This document shows positions 25,999-40,057 of a stretch of DNA of 64,000 nucleotides, piece by piece. The DNA comes from Cirrosporium novae-zelandiae. Lineage: Eukaryota. Position numbers and translations under genes: made by a program. The stretch lies in the NCBI GenBank assembly GCA_026023565.1, contig JAPETS010000014.1, positions 248,001-312,000 on the forward strand. Direction: 5' to 3'. Each line of letters starts with the position of its first letter. Within the stretch, counting starts at the first letter, position 1. The notes beneath the pieces were generated by a model that worked only from the letters and a program-made list of their open reading frames with translations, had not been told where the DNA came from and did not search any database.

Positions 25999-28224
25999 AT
26001 GGCGTTATTCTACGATAGGGATGAAGAGCTAGGGAAAAAGGATGATGACCACCATTTGCACAGCAATAACTCCAGGGCACCAGCATGGTCACGGTGGACT
26101 GGCCCACATCGTCTTCGGCGGAAACGAGTGCTCTGGATGATACTGGGCATCGGCATACTGTATTATTTATTGGTAGTCACTTTGCCCATCATAGTCAATC
26201 TGACCGAGGGAACGCGATATCCGTACAGCCAGCCCAGCGATCTTGGATCGTCATGGAATTCTCCGAAACCTCACATTCCAGGAATGATTGAACCACCCAA
26301 GGGCCCACCTCCTAAGGATGCTGCTGCACAGGATCTCGGAAAGCACTATTATAATGGCCAGATAAAATTCTACGAGTTAGCCTCGTCATTGCATGGTATT
26401 TCGCGTAGTAGAGGAATTTACGAAGCTAATAGAAATGTTCTATTTGCAGCTTCTAATTTGAAAAGCGCTTCAACATTGATCACGCTGGCCTGTGAAATGG
26501 CTAGGTGGGAACGAAGCGATGTCCATTTTGTATTCATGGGTCGTGATGATATTCCAATGGATTATCTGAAAGAATTGAATGGGGTCACAGATGAATGCGA
26601 CGTTTCCTGGCATGATGCGCGTCCTGACTATTCATTGTGGTCTACAGACTACCGTATGGAAGTCGGTATTGCTGCTGCCCTTCACCATATCAACAATTTC
26701 ATGCACCCACAAGCAATCATTATAGATGAGTCCTCCGCTGAGAATAGATTCTTCACAAAATCTATGCGATCAAAAGCTCGAGCTCTTGGGCGAACTATCA
26801 TTGAAATTCCGACGTCTGCTGCTGAAAATCTTCTCTGGGTTACTAAACTTGATAGTGCTTCTTTACACGGTATGTTTTTCTGATATCTGCAACCTTCAGC
26901 CCTTGTTAACGTTCCTAAAGCTTGGCACGAGCCAGACATTGAGCTCCTCATTCATGCTCCTGTAGAGTCATCAGGCTCTCTTATCAGGCTGTTGAAGTCT
27001 ATTCAACAAGCAGACTACTTTGGTTCAGCATACCCGAGGATCACTATAGAGCTACCTCAGCACGTTGACAACCCAACACGCGAATTCCTCGAGAATATGG
27101 CATGGCCCCCTGAGACTAGTGATCAACCATATAGCAAACTCATCACCCTCCGTCATTGTATCCATCAGGCAACTGCCTCTCCTACAGAAGCATCAATTCG
27201 ATTTGTTGAAGGATTTTACCCAACGAGTCCAATTAAATCTCATGTGGTCGTTCTTTCACCGCAGGCAGAGCTTTCTCCTACGTACTTTCATTATATTAAA
27301 TACCACCTTCTTGAATACGCATATTCCACCAGTCGGACTTTCAATCTCCAGAGCCTCATCGGGATCAGTTTAGAACTGCCATCCACTCAACTCAACGAGA
27401 AAACCCCTTTCACCACCCCAGCGCCACTTGAAGGAAGTGACGAGGCGACTTCTTTCTTATGGCAAGCACCAAACAGCAATGCTGCACTCTATTTTGGAGA
27501 CAAGTGGGCTGAATTTCATTCATTCCTGAGCAACCGACTGGAAGCGCAGCGTACCCATCTACCACTTGACCAACGTCCAGCTCAACGCCGGAAACAGGTC
27601 AGCGAGAGATACCCAGCCTGGATGGAATTTCTGCTAGAATTGATTAGAATTAGGGGATTCGCATTACTCTATCCTAGAGAGGATGGAAACGCGCTTGTTA
27701 CAATTCATAACGAACTTTACCAAGTTCCCGAAGAATTTAGTGCAGTAAAAGCTGCCGATTCAAAGGCCACTGAACCTTTAGTATCTGATCCAAATGAACC
27801 ATTTTCAGTTGATGCTTCTCCCTATAGCCCAACTCTCCACACTGAGCCGGCATTGCTTGGAGCACCCCTCTCCTCCTTTATCCCTTCCGATAAACAGCTC
27901 CCGGAACTGGACTCCCTTCCTTTACTTGCTTATGATGGCAAAGCCATCAATGCTACATATGCCAAGCAGCTATCTTATGACGTCCGCATAGCATTCAGGA
28001 AAGAAATAGGCGGATGCGTGAACACCAAGGATAAAGTCGCTAAGCCGTTGCGGGCCAATGACTTGTTTTGCTTGGGTGATGAGGACCTGGAAGCAGAAAT
28101 TGAATTGAGCCAAGAGGATAGTGGCCCTGCACTTGCAACTCTTTCGGCAGTTTCATCGTCGTCAACGGCACCGCTGAGTGATGCCACGGGGATCTTTATT
28201 GAGTCGGAAGATGCTTTGGTGTAG
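25999..28224 (+). CDS. Conserved fungal type II membrane protein, putative glycosyltransferase (GT2-like annotation); 2 exons
   Basis: N-terminal DEELGKKDDD, a basic stretch then one TM helix, and a lumenal region with RNVLFAAS, WHDARPDY, LSPQAELSP and FLWQAPNSNAALYFGDKWAEFH; intron ~26870-26920. The family label is from memory and the activity is unproven. Confidence 0.7.
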
Positions 28225-29030
28225 GGAATATTATTCGTTTAGTTGTTCACGGCCCAACTGTTTTGTTTATTGTATATATACCATAAAAGGCGATTAAATC
28301 TTGCCTTGTTTTTTTTTTCCACTAGGGGCATATTGGTTTGGAAATGTATTAAAAATTAAATTGATGATCAAACGATGATGTAAAAGTATGAGCTGGTCTA
28401 TATTTGTTGCATGGTGAGGATATTGTAGGGGGAGTGCGCATAGGACGGGAATGTGCAGAGCAGGGGAAATTCAATTGGTCTGGCGGGCCGTAGCTATTAT
28501 CTCTACCGATGGCTCCGATCCGGGCAATGTGGCTGCGCTGTTGGCAGCACGTTTCCATTCCATTGGTAAGGAAGCAATTGTTTAGTGAAGAAATGTGCAG
28601 CATGGACCCCGACATGAATGATGGGTTCCTTCGTTAATGCGAGACATGATGAGTTGTTCGTGAGGGTAGGGTCAATAAAGCGATACAAAGCATCATGGTC
28701 GAAGAAAAATAATTTCAGCTATCGGGAGGTCGCACAGCTAGGACGACGGCGTAGAGCTTATTCGACAATGCCCTGATGATGATACACAGTGTGGATAACA
28801 TGGATAACATGGGACAGGATCGTAGTTGAGTCGTGCCAGATGGAAGATGGCAGATTAGCGGGTGGTGGATGATGTCACAACAAAGGAATTGTTTTTTTCT
28901 TCTTCTTCTTCTTCTTCTTCTTTTAAATCAGGAGGGGGGTAGGAGGCATGGTGGCAGCAATTGGTAGAGAGTTTTAGGCGTTGAGCTGTGTTGAAGGGGG
29001 AGGCATGGGGGCATGGGGGCATGTCTTGTT

Positions 29031-29075
29031 GATGGCTTTGATGGCTTTGATGGCTTTGATGGCTTTGATGGTTTT
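29031..29075. repeat. 9-bp tandem repeat (GATGGCTTT) x5
   Basis: Four perfect units and one variant unit upstream of KCS1. Confidence 0.9.
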
Positions 29076-29372
29076 GGTTTGTCGGGGAAATCCCAACGGC
29101 AAACAGCTTTCACTAATGGGGGTTACCTTGGGCTACTTTGGGGCTAATTGAAGGAATTGGGTTGGGCCAAGAAGGCCCTCGGAACTTTCATTTGTTTGTC
29201 CACTGTTCCAAAATGCCCCAACTCTCGTCATCGAAATAACATCTTCTCTCTAACACCTCCAAACAAAAAGTAATAACCCTTACCTTACCACCTTCACTCA
29301 CCCAACCACAGCGAATTGATCATCCACGCCTTATTTATTGACAAAATACTTCGACGTACCAATGTCCACCCC

Positions 29373-32300
29373 ATGTCAGATCCCCAATCTCCTCCCGAAA
29401 ATACCTCATCTACTTCTGCGGTGAGGTTTCGGAATGGTACTAATTACCATGGGGATGATTTCCTTCATGGGAACCACATCTCCTCTTCTCGTCCCACGCC
29501 GCCCACGCCGCCTACGCCTTCCACCCCCCCTCCTCACCATCCGAATTCTCCCAATGCTTCCAATCCCGTCAATACATCAGTAACTACATGGCCAACAACA
29601 GATACTGTCCACACATCTCCTGCTGCGCCACCGCGCGCCAGTTGGAGTTTTGACCAAAGACCGCAGTTATCTGAGAGGGATAGTATATTCGCGACTTCCT
29701 TTATTGATGACCTCCCCACGGCGGCTACCCAGAATGCTCAAAGTAACAATCGCGATTTACCTCGCTCAGAAGCTATGGGGTGTCCTACCTTGCAGCCCTT
29801 GACACCTCCATCGTCACAATCAATGCCAGAGTCCCCATCTATCCTCCACACAAAGATATCTCAAAATCGAGACGGTATCACTGTCGATAAATTGGTGTAT
29901 AATGGCCTAGAAAAACGATTAACATGGCATGCTAATCATTCGCTGTCTGGATCTGCCAAGTTGTCTACAGTTAAGGGTTTCGAGCCAAGCTCAAGGAGAC
30001 CAGAACTACATGAGACTATAAGTCGTTCCTCAACGGTTTCATTGCCAGTCACTCCAGATTTGCGGTCTCCCTCCTCCAACGAGACTCACAAGATTACCTA
30101 TGCATACAAATACGACGCCCAACTTGCTCAAGAAGATCAGAGGATTGGCTCTGATCCGCAAACCTCTGATCCTGAAAAGCGAAGTCGCAGCCATGGAAAC
30201 AAAAAGAAGCATGTAGATAACAACATCGAAGCTACATTGGCTGAAGCAGAGCCTTCGACCAATGTTCGTAGTCGGAAGAGCAGTCATCTTTTGGGACTCT
30301 TTCGTGAGAATATTGCACCAGGACAGAAAAAGCGTGAAGCAAGAGGGAGAGATCAGACAACTAAAGATCAAGCTCCTAGATCAGTGACCACTCTCGAGAG
30401 CGCAGCAAGTGGCTCAAGGTTGGACTATTTTTCCTTACCTCTAGCCTCTGGTGAAGCCCGAACCATTCCTGGGTCGGTTATATTAGAGGACATACCATCA
30501 GAGGGTAGGCAAAACATGACTGATCGCACACTAACTCCTTATAGCCCCCTATCAAATGTACCTGATACAAGAGGTGATTCCGACGCCTTTGAAAAGGCTC
30601 AAGGTTCAGCACCTACCGTTCTATCGACTTCTCCGAATCCCAATGAACATCCTCCTTCTGCTCAAATTGAGCCTCACACAAAAGTCCCTTCGCAGCTTCT
30701 TGAAGAGATTCGAAATTTCTCCAATATTACCCCAGGTGCACCGTCTGGCACATCCTTCTCAAAAAGTATTCCGGTAATAGCGTCAGAACGTTCACAAGCA
30801 GCCAGCGGAACGATAGCTGAATCTTCGGCCGGCATCAAGCGCGATGGAAGAACCGCGCCTGCTCGAGATATTGAAGAACCCGAACAAGAACAAATTACTT
30901 CTGCAACATATTATCCTCACCAAGGGCCAGCTTCGGAAGAAACCGATGAGGCTGATCCTCAACAAGCTGAACCAGGTCAAAGTGACGGATCTCGTTCACC
31001 AGATGAGAGTGACGATCACCTCCGTAACCATGGAAGAACATGGCCTATCGATCGTACTCGTTCTCCAATGGAGGGAGTTGATATCTCGTTACATACCAGA
31101 GATGAAAACAGGCACCTGCACGGCGATTATAAATCTCTTAGAAGTCCGCAAGACGAGAATACAGAGCCATCATTCCAGGAAATTGAATCAGTGACACCAG
31201 TAGTCTCGGAATCAGAACAGGACTACACTGAATCAATAACTGAGGAGGAGGACGTCACGCCTATAGGAACACCTCGTGTTAATGAGCACAAACCTGAAGC
31301 TACAATCCGCCAACAACCAAGCGCGCCCCTGGGAGCGGTTGAGTTGAAGCCATATTCTCACCAAGTAGGAGGGCATAGTACCGTCTTTCGCTTTTCCAGG
31401 AGGGCAGTTTGTAAAAAGCTTTCAAACCGCGAGAATCTCTTCTACGAGCGGATTGAAAAGAGACATCCTGATATATTAACGTTTCTACCTAGGTATGCAT
31501 AAATCCCTCTTTCCCTCTGGGCTTTAGAAGCTGAGACCTCAGGAAAGATATTATTACCAAACTACCGTATCGTCAAAGTGTGAAAATGGATGCTTACAGA
31601 GTTGTTTCAATTTTCCTTTAGGTATATTGGTGTCTTAAACGTTACATTTCAGAAGTTGCCGAAGCAAAAGAAAACTCTGGATAATGGCGATGAAGTCCCC
31701 GCTGCTCAGGCTGCTACCGGTGCTGATGAGCCCCCTCAAAATCATCAACCCAGCGACAGCGGCCCACAGAACGAATCCACCCAATCACAAGAAAACCAGA
31801 TTAGTCAAACTCATGAACGGGTTGTCAGCCAATCCCAAGACCTTGGTTCCCGACCTCAAGTAGTGCTTGCCAATAACAGACACATCATCCCTGATGATTT
31901 CTTTAGTTATACTCGCAGCTTTTGGCCATGGAAATCCTCGTCCCTCGGGCCATCTGAGGATCCAAAGGTGGCTCCGTCAAACAAAGATGGTTCAAATGCT
32001 TCCAATAAACCAGAATCAAGTCCTCCACGGCGAACGGGCTCACCCATTTGGGGCAAAACAAGAGTGAATGAGAAATTAAGAGAACAAGTCCTCAGAGAAG
32101 TCTTTACTCCTCCACCCATCCGCAAACGTAATCGTACCCAGGGTCCTCACAGCCTGTCTCGGATATCGGAAATGGAAACCGGTCAAAACCAAAGCTCGCA
32201 GCACATGCCTATTCTTCCACGGGCAGCTAGCGAAAGACTTCCGCCTACACCAGATCAAATCGGCGTAGTTCGTCCATGTGGGGTCCAGGGCCATCCGCAA

Positions 32301-33662
32301 GGTAACCCCGCAAGCCTAGAGATAAAAAAGCGGCCCTCGAGCGACTCTCGCAATTCTTCATCAGTCCCTTCATCAGACCAGAGTTCATTATCAAGGATTC
32401 GTACTACAGATCCTGGCGATGGTGAAAAAACTTCTCCTAACCTCCCGCTACGAAGACGCCATTCTGGGAGTGGTCTGCACCGACGTAGGAGTCTAAGCAG
32501 CAACACTACTGGCAATCTGGAGTATTACGAAAATGAAACAGTCAAAGAGAAGGATGACGAAATGTTTCGGATGGATATTGAAGATTCGTCGGGAGTAACC
32601 TTGGAGACACGTAAGATGATTTTACATGAATCAGAAGCGGCATCAGCATCAAATGGGCGCGTTATTTCTATTGAGCGATCTATACATGTCTCTCCGTCGG
32701 ATTCCCATGCAAGATTAGAAAACCATGATGCCCTAAATTGGTCCAAGGAGCCTGTAAACCCTAAGGAAGCACAGATTTCTAACGGTGTTCGAAATGATTT
32801 CTTTCTTTTGCTAGAAGATCTTACTACCGGGATGGATAAACCTTGCGTACTTGATCTTAAAATGGGTACTCGGCAATATGGGGTGGAGGCTAACGAGACG
32901 AAAAAGAAATCCCAGAGAAGGAAATGTCAAATGACGACTTCGAAGCAACTTGGAGTTCGAATATGTGGAATGCAAGTCTTCAATGCTAAGGCGCAAGAGT
33001 ATCAGTTTCAGGATAAATACTTTGGTCGTGATTTGAAGGCTGGCCGTGAATTTCAAGACACGCTTCGGCGATTCTTGTACGATGGGGTCAATAAGAATAG
33101 TATCGTGAGACATATTCCCAGAATCCTAGAGAAACTGGCTAGTTTGGAAAATATGATCCGACGGCTACCAGGTTACCGGTTCTATGCTAGTAGCTTACTA
33201 CTACTTTATGACGGTTCTCCTCAGAAGGGGTCTCATACAAAGGAGCACTCGGTCAAGTCGGATGGTTCAAGTAAATCCGACTCAAACCAATCAAATTCAA
33301 AGCGCTCCAGAGACACGGATCAAAGCTCCGAACAAGTGGACCAGCAGCCACATCGCTCAGATATTCGGTTGAAGATTGTGGATTTCGCTAATTGTGTGAC
33401 CGGGGAAGATGAATTGCCCGTCGATACACCTTGCCCCCCACAGTACCTTGGTGAGGTAGATCGAGGATATCTGCGAGGTCTTCGGACACTCAGGATCTAC
33501 TTCCAGCGGATCTGGAGAGAAGCAGTGCAAGAGGAATGGGTTGAACGTGGTGAGGGTGAGGCAATGGCAATTGGACAAAAAGGTGCCGGACATGGCTTAG
33601 AGAGCGAGAGCTGGGCTGACAGTTTTGTGGATGACAATGACGAGGGGAATGTCAGTTATTGA
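29373..33662 (+). CDS. KCS1: Inositol hexakisphosphate kinase (IPK family); 2 exons
   Basis: LKPYSHQVGGH, FLPR|YIGVLNV across intron ~31492-31621, FLLLEDLT, PCVLDLKMG (PxxxDxKxG), SSLL, IVDFA and GYLRGL. Confidence 0.93.
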
Positions 33663-34274
33663 ATAGGGAGTATGGGTATAGGCGCCAGGGAGATCAAGGG
33701 AAACCCGGAACAGGGCGCTCTGGTGATGCTCTTACCTTTTATTACCGCTTTTTATCACTGGGGATGCTGGATGCTGGATGGCGTCTTGAGACCAGGGAAA
33801 GATAGTCATGGGTGGATTGGTCAATTCGCTATCATGGCAAGGGATAGGCTTCTTTTCGTTGTATGAATAGGGAGGCACCCGTTAAGCGTTGAATAGGCTT
33901 ATGACCCTGTATTGTGGTTATGGGCGTATGACTTGTACATATATCCGAATCAAATTGTTATAATTAATGCAACGATAATGTTCTCTTGCATTTTCACTGG
34001 CTACAGGTAGCCCTATGATCGACCTCGGGCCGTAGCGGCATTATCGGGATTAAAGTAATGATGCGATCATCGGAGGTCCTTCGGTGGTTCGGCAAGGCGC
34101 GAGTGATCCTTCAGAACTCCATACCCCGTATTTATTCCCTCCAAATTTGACAACTTGAATCATTAATCATTTCAGTGTTCCTATTAAATTTCCAAGCCAT
34201 GGCCTGAGCTATAACTATTACTAAACACCATATATTAATATTTCTCCTATCTACTACCAATCACTCCGGCCAAG

Positions 34275-36024
34275 ATGGCGACAATTGAGAATGGTCACCA
34301 AATCGACAAACGGGACTTTGATGAAAGTCGAGCACTATTACACTCAAATAGCGAAGATATTGAGCGCCCTCACTCTACACACTTCCTTGAAGATGATGAT
34401 AGTCTCTTGAGCAATGTAGCTCAAGGCATTGTTGATCGAGATCGGCGCGAGGTATACAGGGAGTTCATTCGCTACACCAGCTTTGTCTGTGCTATCCTCA
34501 GCTGGTAGGACCCTATGAATAAAGATATTATGTTTACTGGAAACTGATTATGCTATATCATATAGTCTATGTGCTGGCTCCATTACTGCCTACTCTCTCT
34601 ATGGTCACCTCTTCCTCTCTCGTCTCGGTTATACACAACTTAAAGTAAATACTGTCTCGATCGCTGCTGAACTTTCCATGTACCTTCCAGTCCCTATATT
34701 TGGTTATCTCTGTGATCGATATAGTCCTTCGCCGCTATCTCTCCTTTCCGGCGTACTTTTCGGCTTTGGCTATCTCCTTGCAGCATTCACATACCGACAA
34801 GGTCCCAACGGCTGGCCATTTGGGTTGATGGTTCTTGCTTTTACTGGAATTGGATCAGGTACATCATGCATGTATCTGTCTGCCGTAGCAACCTGTGCGA
34901 AAAATTTTGGCCGAGGAAAACATAAAGGCCTTGTGCTTGCCATTCCGATAGCTGCTTTTGGGCTGAGTGGGATGTGGCAAAGTCAGGTTGGGTCACATTT
35001 GTTGTATGAGAAAACCTCCCAAGGAACTAGGGGAGATGTCGATGTCTTTCGATATTTCCTGTTCCTTGCGATTCTGCTCATCAGTGTGGGCTTGGTTGGA
35101 ACTTTTGGACTACGGATCGTGGATGAAGATGAACTGATAGCCGAAGAACTTGAGAGAAGTGGTCTCCTTGAGGATTCACCTTTTCTCCGACGCGTCCCAT
35201 CCCACCATTCCTATAGTACCCTCTCTCCGAGGGCGCAATCTATCAGTTCTTCACGACCCAGCTCTCCATCGTCCTCTATCCGCAAAGAGACCAAAACCCT
35301 CTTGCTGAATCACGCCACCTCCGCTTTTCTCCGCGACCCAACAATGTGGCTTCTTGCTGTGGGCTTTTTTCTCGTCATAGGCCCCGGTGAGGCCTTCATC
35401 AACAACATTGGCACAATAATCGTCTCCCTTTACCCTGTCGGGGAGCCCAACCCTACCTCCGCAGCCACCCACGTATCCATCATCGCCCTTACCTCCACAA
35501 TCGCCCGCATCGTTGTTGGCACAATCTCCGACCTCTTCGCGCCACGCTCAGAGTCGGTGCACTTCCCCATTTCCACCAAACCTAGCAAATTCTCCCTCAC
35601 CATTCCTCGTCCATTCTGGCTTCTCCTCACCACTTTCCTCCTTTCCCTCGGCCTCTTCCTCCTCTCCATCGGGACGCCACACCTAAATGCCCCAGCCCTA
35701 ATTCCGATATCTGCCCTCGTAGGTACCGGCTATGGCGCGGCATTTACACTAACCCCAATTCTCATCTCCTGTGTCTGGGGCGTCGAGAACTTTGCTACGA
35801 ACTGGGGAATCATTAACATGGTGCCTGCTGCGGGGGCAGCACTATGGGGTATCGTCTACTCGGCAGTCTATCAAAGGGGCGTAGACGGCGAAAACGGAGA
35901 TGTATGCTTCGGGAAAAGATGCTATTCCCCGGCGTTTTGGGGCATGACGGTGAGCGTGTGGGCTGCCATTGTGGCATTTTCGGGGGCCGTGAAGGTTTGG
36001 CGCATGAGGGGCGTGGTCGTGTAG
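34275..36024 (+). CDS. MCH1: MFS monocarboxylate transporter-like protein MCH1; 2 exons
   Basis: MYLPVPIFGYLCDR, TCAKNFG, PIAAFGLSGMWQSQ, GPGEAFINNIG and WGVENFATNWG; multiple TM helices; intron ~34505-34564. Confidence 0.85.
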
Positions 36025-37218
36025 CGTGGTGCATCACAATGGCTTTTTAGGGTGGGGGGGAGTTTGGGTGACATTGGTTATTATTACAGGGAAATGGATT
36101 TATTATAGTGAGTGAGTTTTTTCGGATATAATAGGGCTCTTATTTTATATAGCAGGTGTACATGTACATAGTTATATATTAGTCACAGGAAACATCGTTA
36201 AGATATTAATGCAATTTTATATCAGACTTATATGGCACCGGGAGAGGAAGTGGTGAGTGGCGAGAGGTGATTTGGGACTTTTTTTTTTTCTTTTTCTTTC
36301 TTTCTTTAGTGGTATCTAGGGAATTGTTAATGTGGAAGATCAGCTTGAGCTATTTTTCATGAGTAGGGAGGAGGATAACTAACTTTTATATTGGCTGGGT
36401 GAATGCCTTTTTTATAAGCTTAGTGTCACAAAGGAAGGAGAGTAGAGCACTAAAACAAGGCTCTAGGCCTGCGGACTGAAGGCGGAACGTAGGCGGGAAT
36501 GTGGCGTCACGTGGCGCCGATCAGTCGCCGATAAGGGTAACGCATCACAAATAGAATAAGGACTTTATATAGAGGGAAAGAAGGAGACTGGGAAAGGCCA
36601 GCTTTCAGTCTTGTATTATATTGATATACTACTATTAAGATACTACTACGTTACGCGCAAGCAACGCACCTGTACCACTACCTACACTATCGGAGCCCAA
36701 TCCTTGACGCTTGGATGAGAGATTATCTATTCCATTCAACCCTGCAAGCGTAGCTAAACAATCCTTTGGGTGTTGAAAGTATTTAAATGCACGAATATAA
36801 TATTTAAGAGAGAATGATTTAATAGATAAGATATTTTATATATACGCATAGTCTAACGCCGATTTAGGCTTAATGTTTTTTTTTTCTTTCTCTATCTGTT
36901 CCATTTATCAGTCAAGGCCATTAATTAGTCCATCCGAGTTTTGCCCACAGCTAAGTCCTGAGTGAGCTATGTTTCGTCTAAGTTTTTCAAAGACAGCCCG
37001 AATTACTCCTTTCATCACTGCGCCTTAATCTTCAAAAAGCTCCTCCATCAACCCCGTGCATGTAACCTGTATCGATAGACATATTTTGCGTTCATATCAC
37101 TGACTAGGACCTTTTTTTATTTCCACTCTTGATAATTTCGGCCACAGCGAGTTTATGCGCTGGAGGGGGTAAAGTGGAACATCATAGTGTAAACAAAATT
37201 CACAGGAGGTAAATTTTG

Positions 37219-39593
<2,375 letters not shown>

Positions 39594-40057
39594 ATTTGAA
39601 AGAACAAACGGGCTTACTTGTGAAGATGGTGATGGTAAACAATTCAATAATTAATAGGTTATCGAAGCTATAAATTTTGCGACTGGTTTAGGTTTAGAGG
39701 AAAATGACTAAGCAAATATCGGCATTTTATAGCTCCGATGACACAACCACATGATCTACAATGCTGCCCTAAATCCAATTCCAAATCTCTAAACTTTGTG
39801 CCCTGCACCTTGTAATCGCGATAGTCAAAAAACTGTTATCCATTTGCTTTACTTTTATATGTGTGGGTGCCTCACTATCGCCAAGCTTGTTCATTCTGCG
39901 CATTGCTAGTTATTCATTTGACAACATATAATGGGCGGATCATCTAGACAAACTAAAGCTCGACGCCGAATTATACCTTGCTGGCCTTGAAGAGACTCAC
40001 TACCTGACCACAATAATCCAGACTATTTTATTCTAACTAAAGCCTAACATTTACACT

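Noticed and set aside
28646..28776. Plus-strand ATGATGA...CTGA, a possible box C/D snoRNA
   Set aside because: Only an imperfect resemblance to large-subunit rRNA antisense and no closing stem; ATGATG words are common here.
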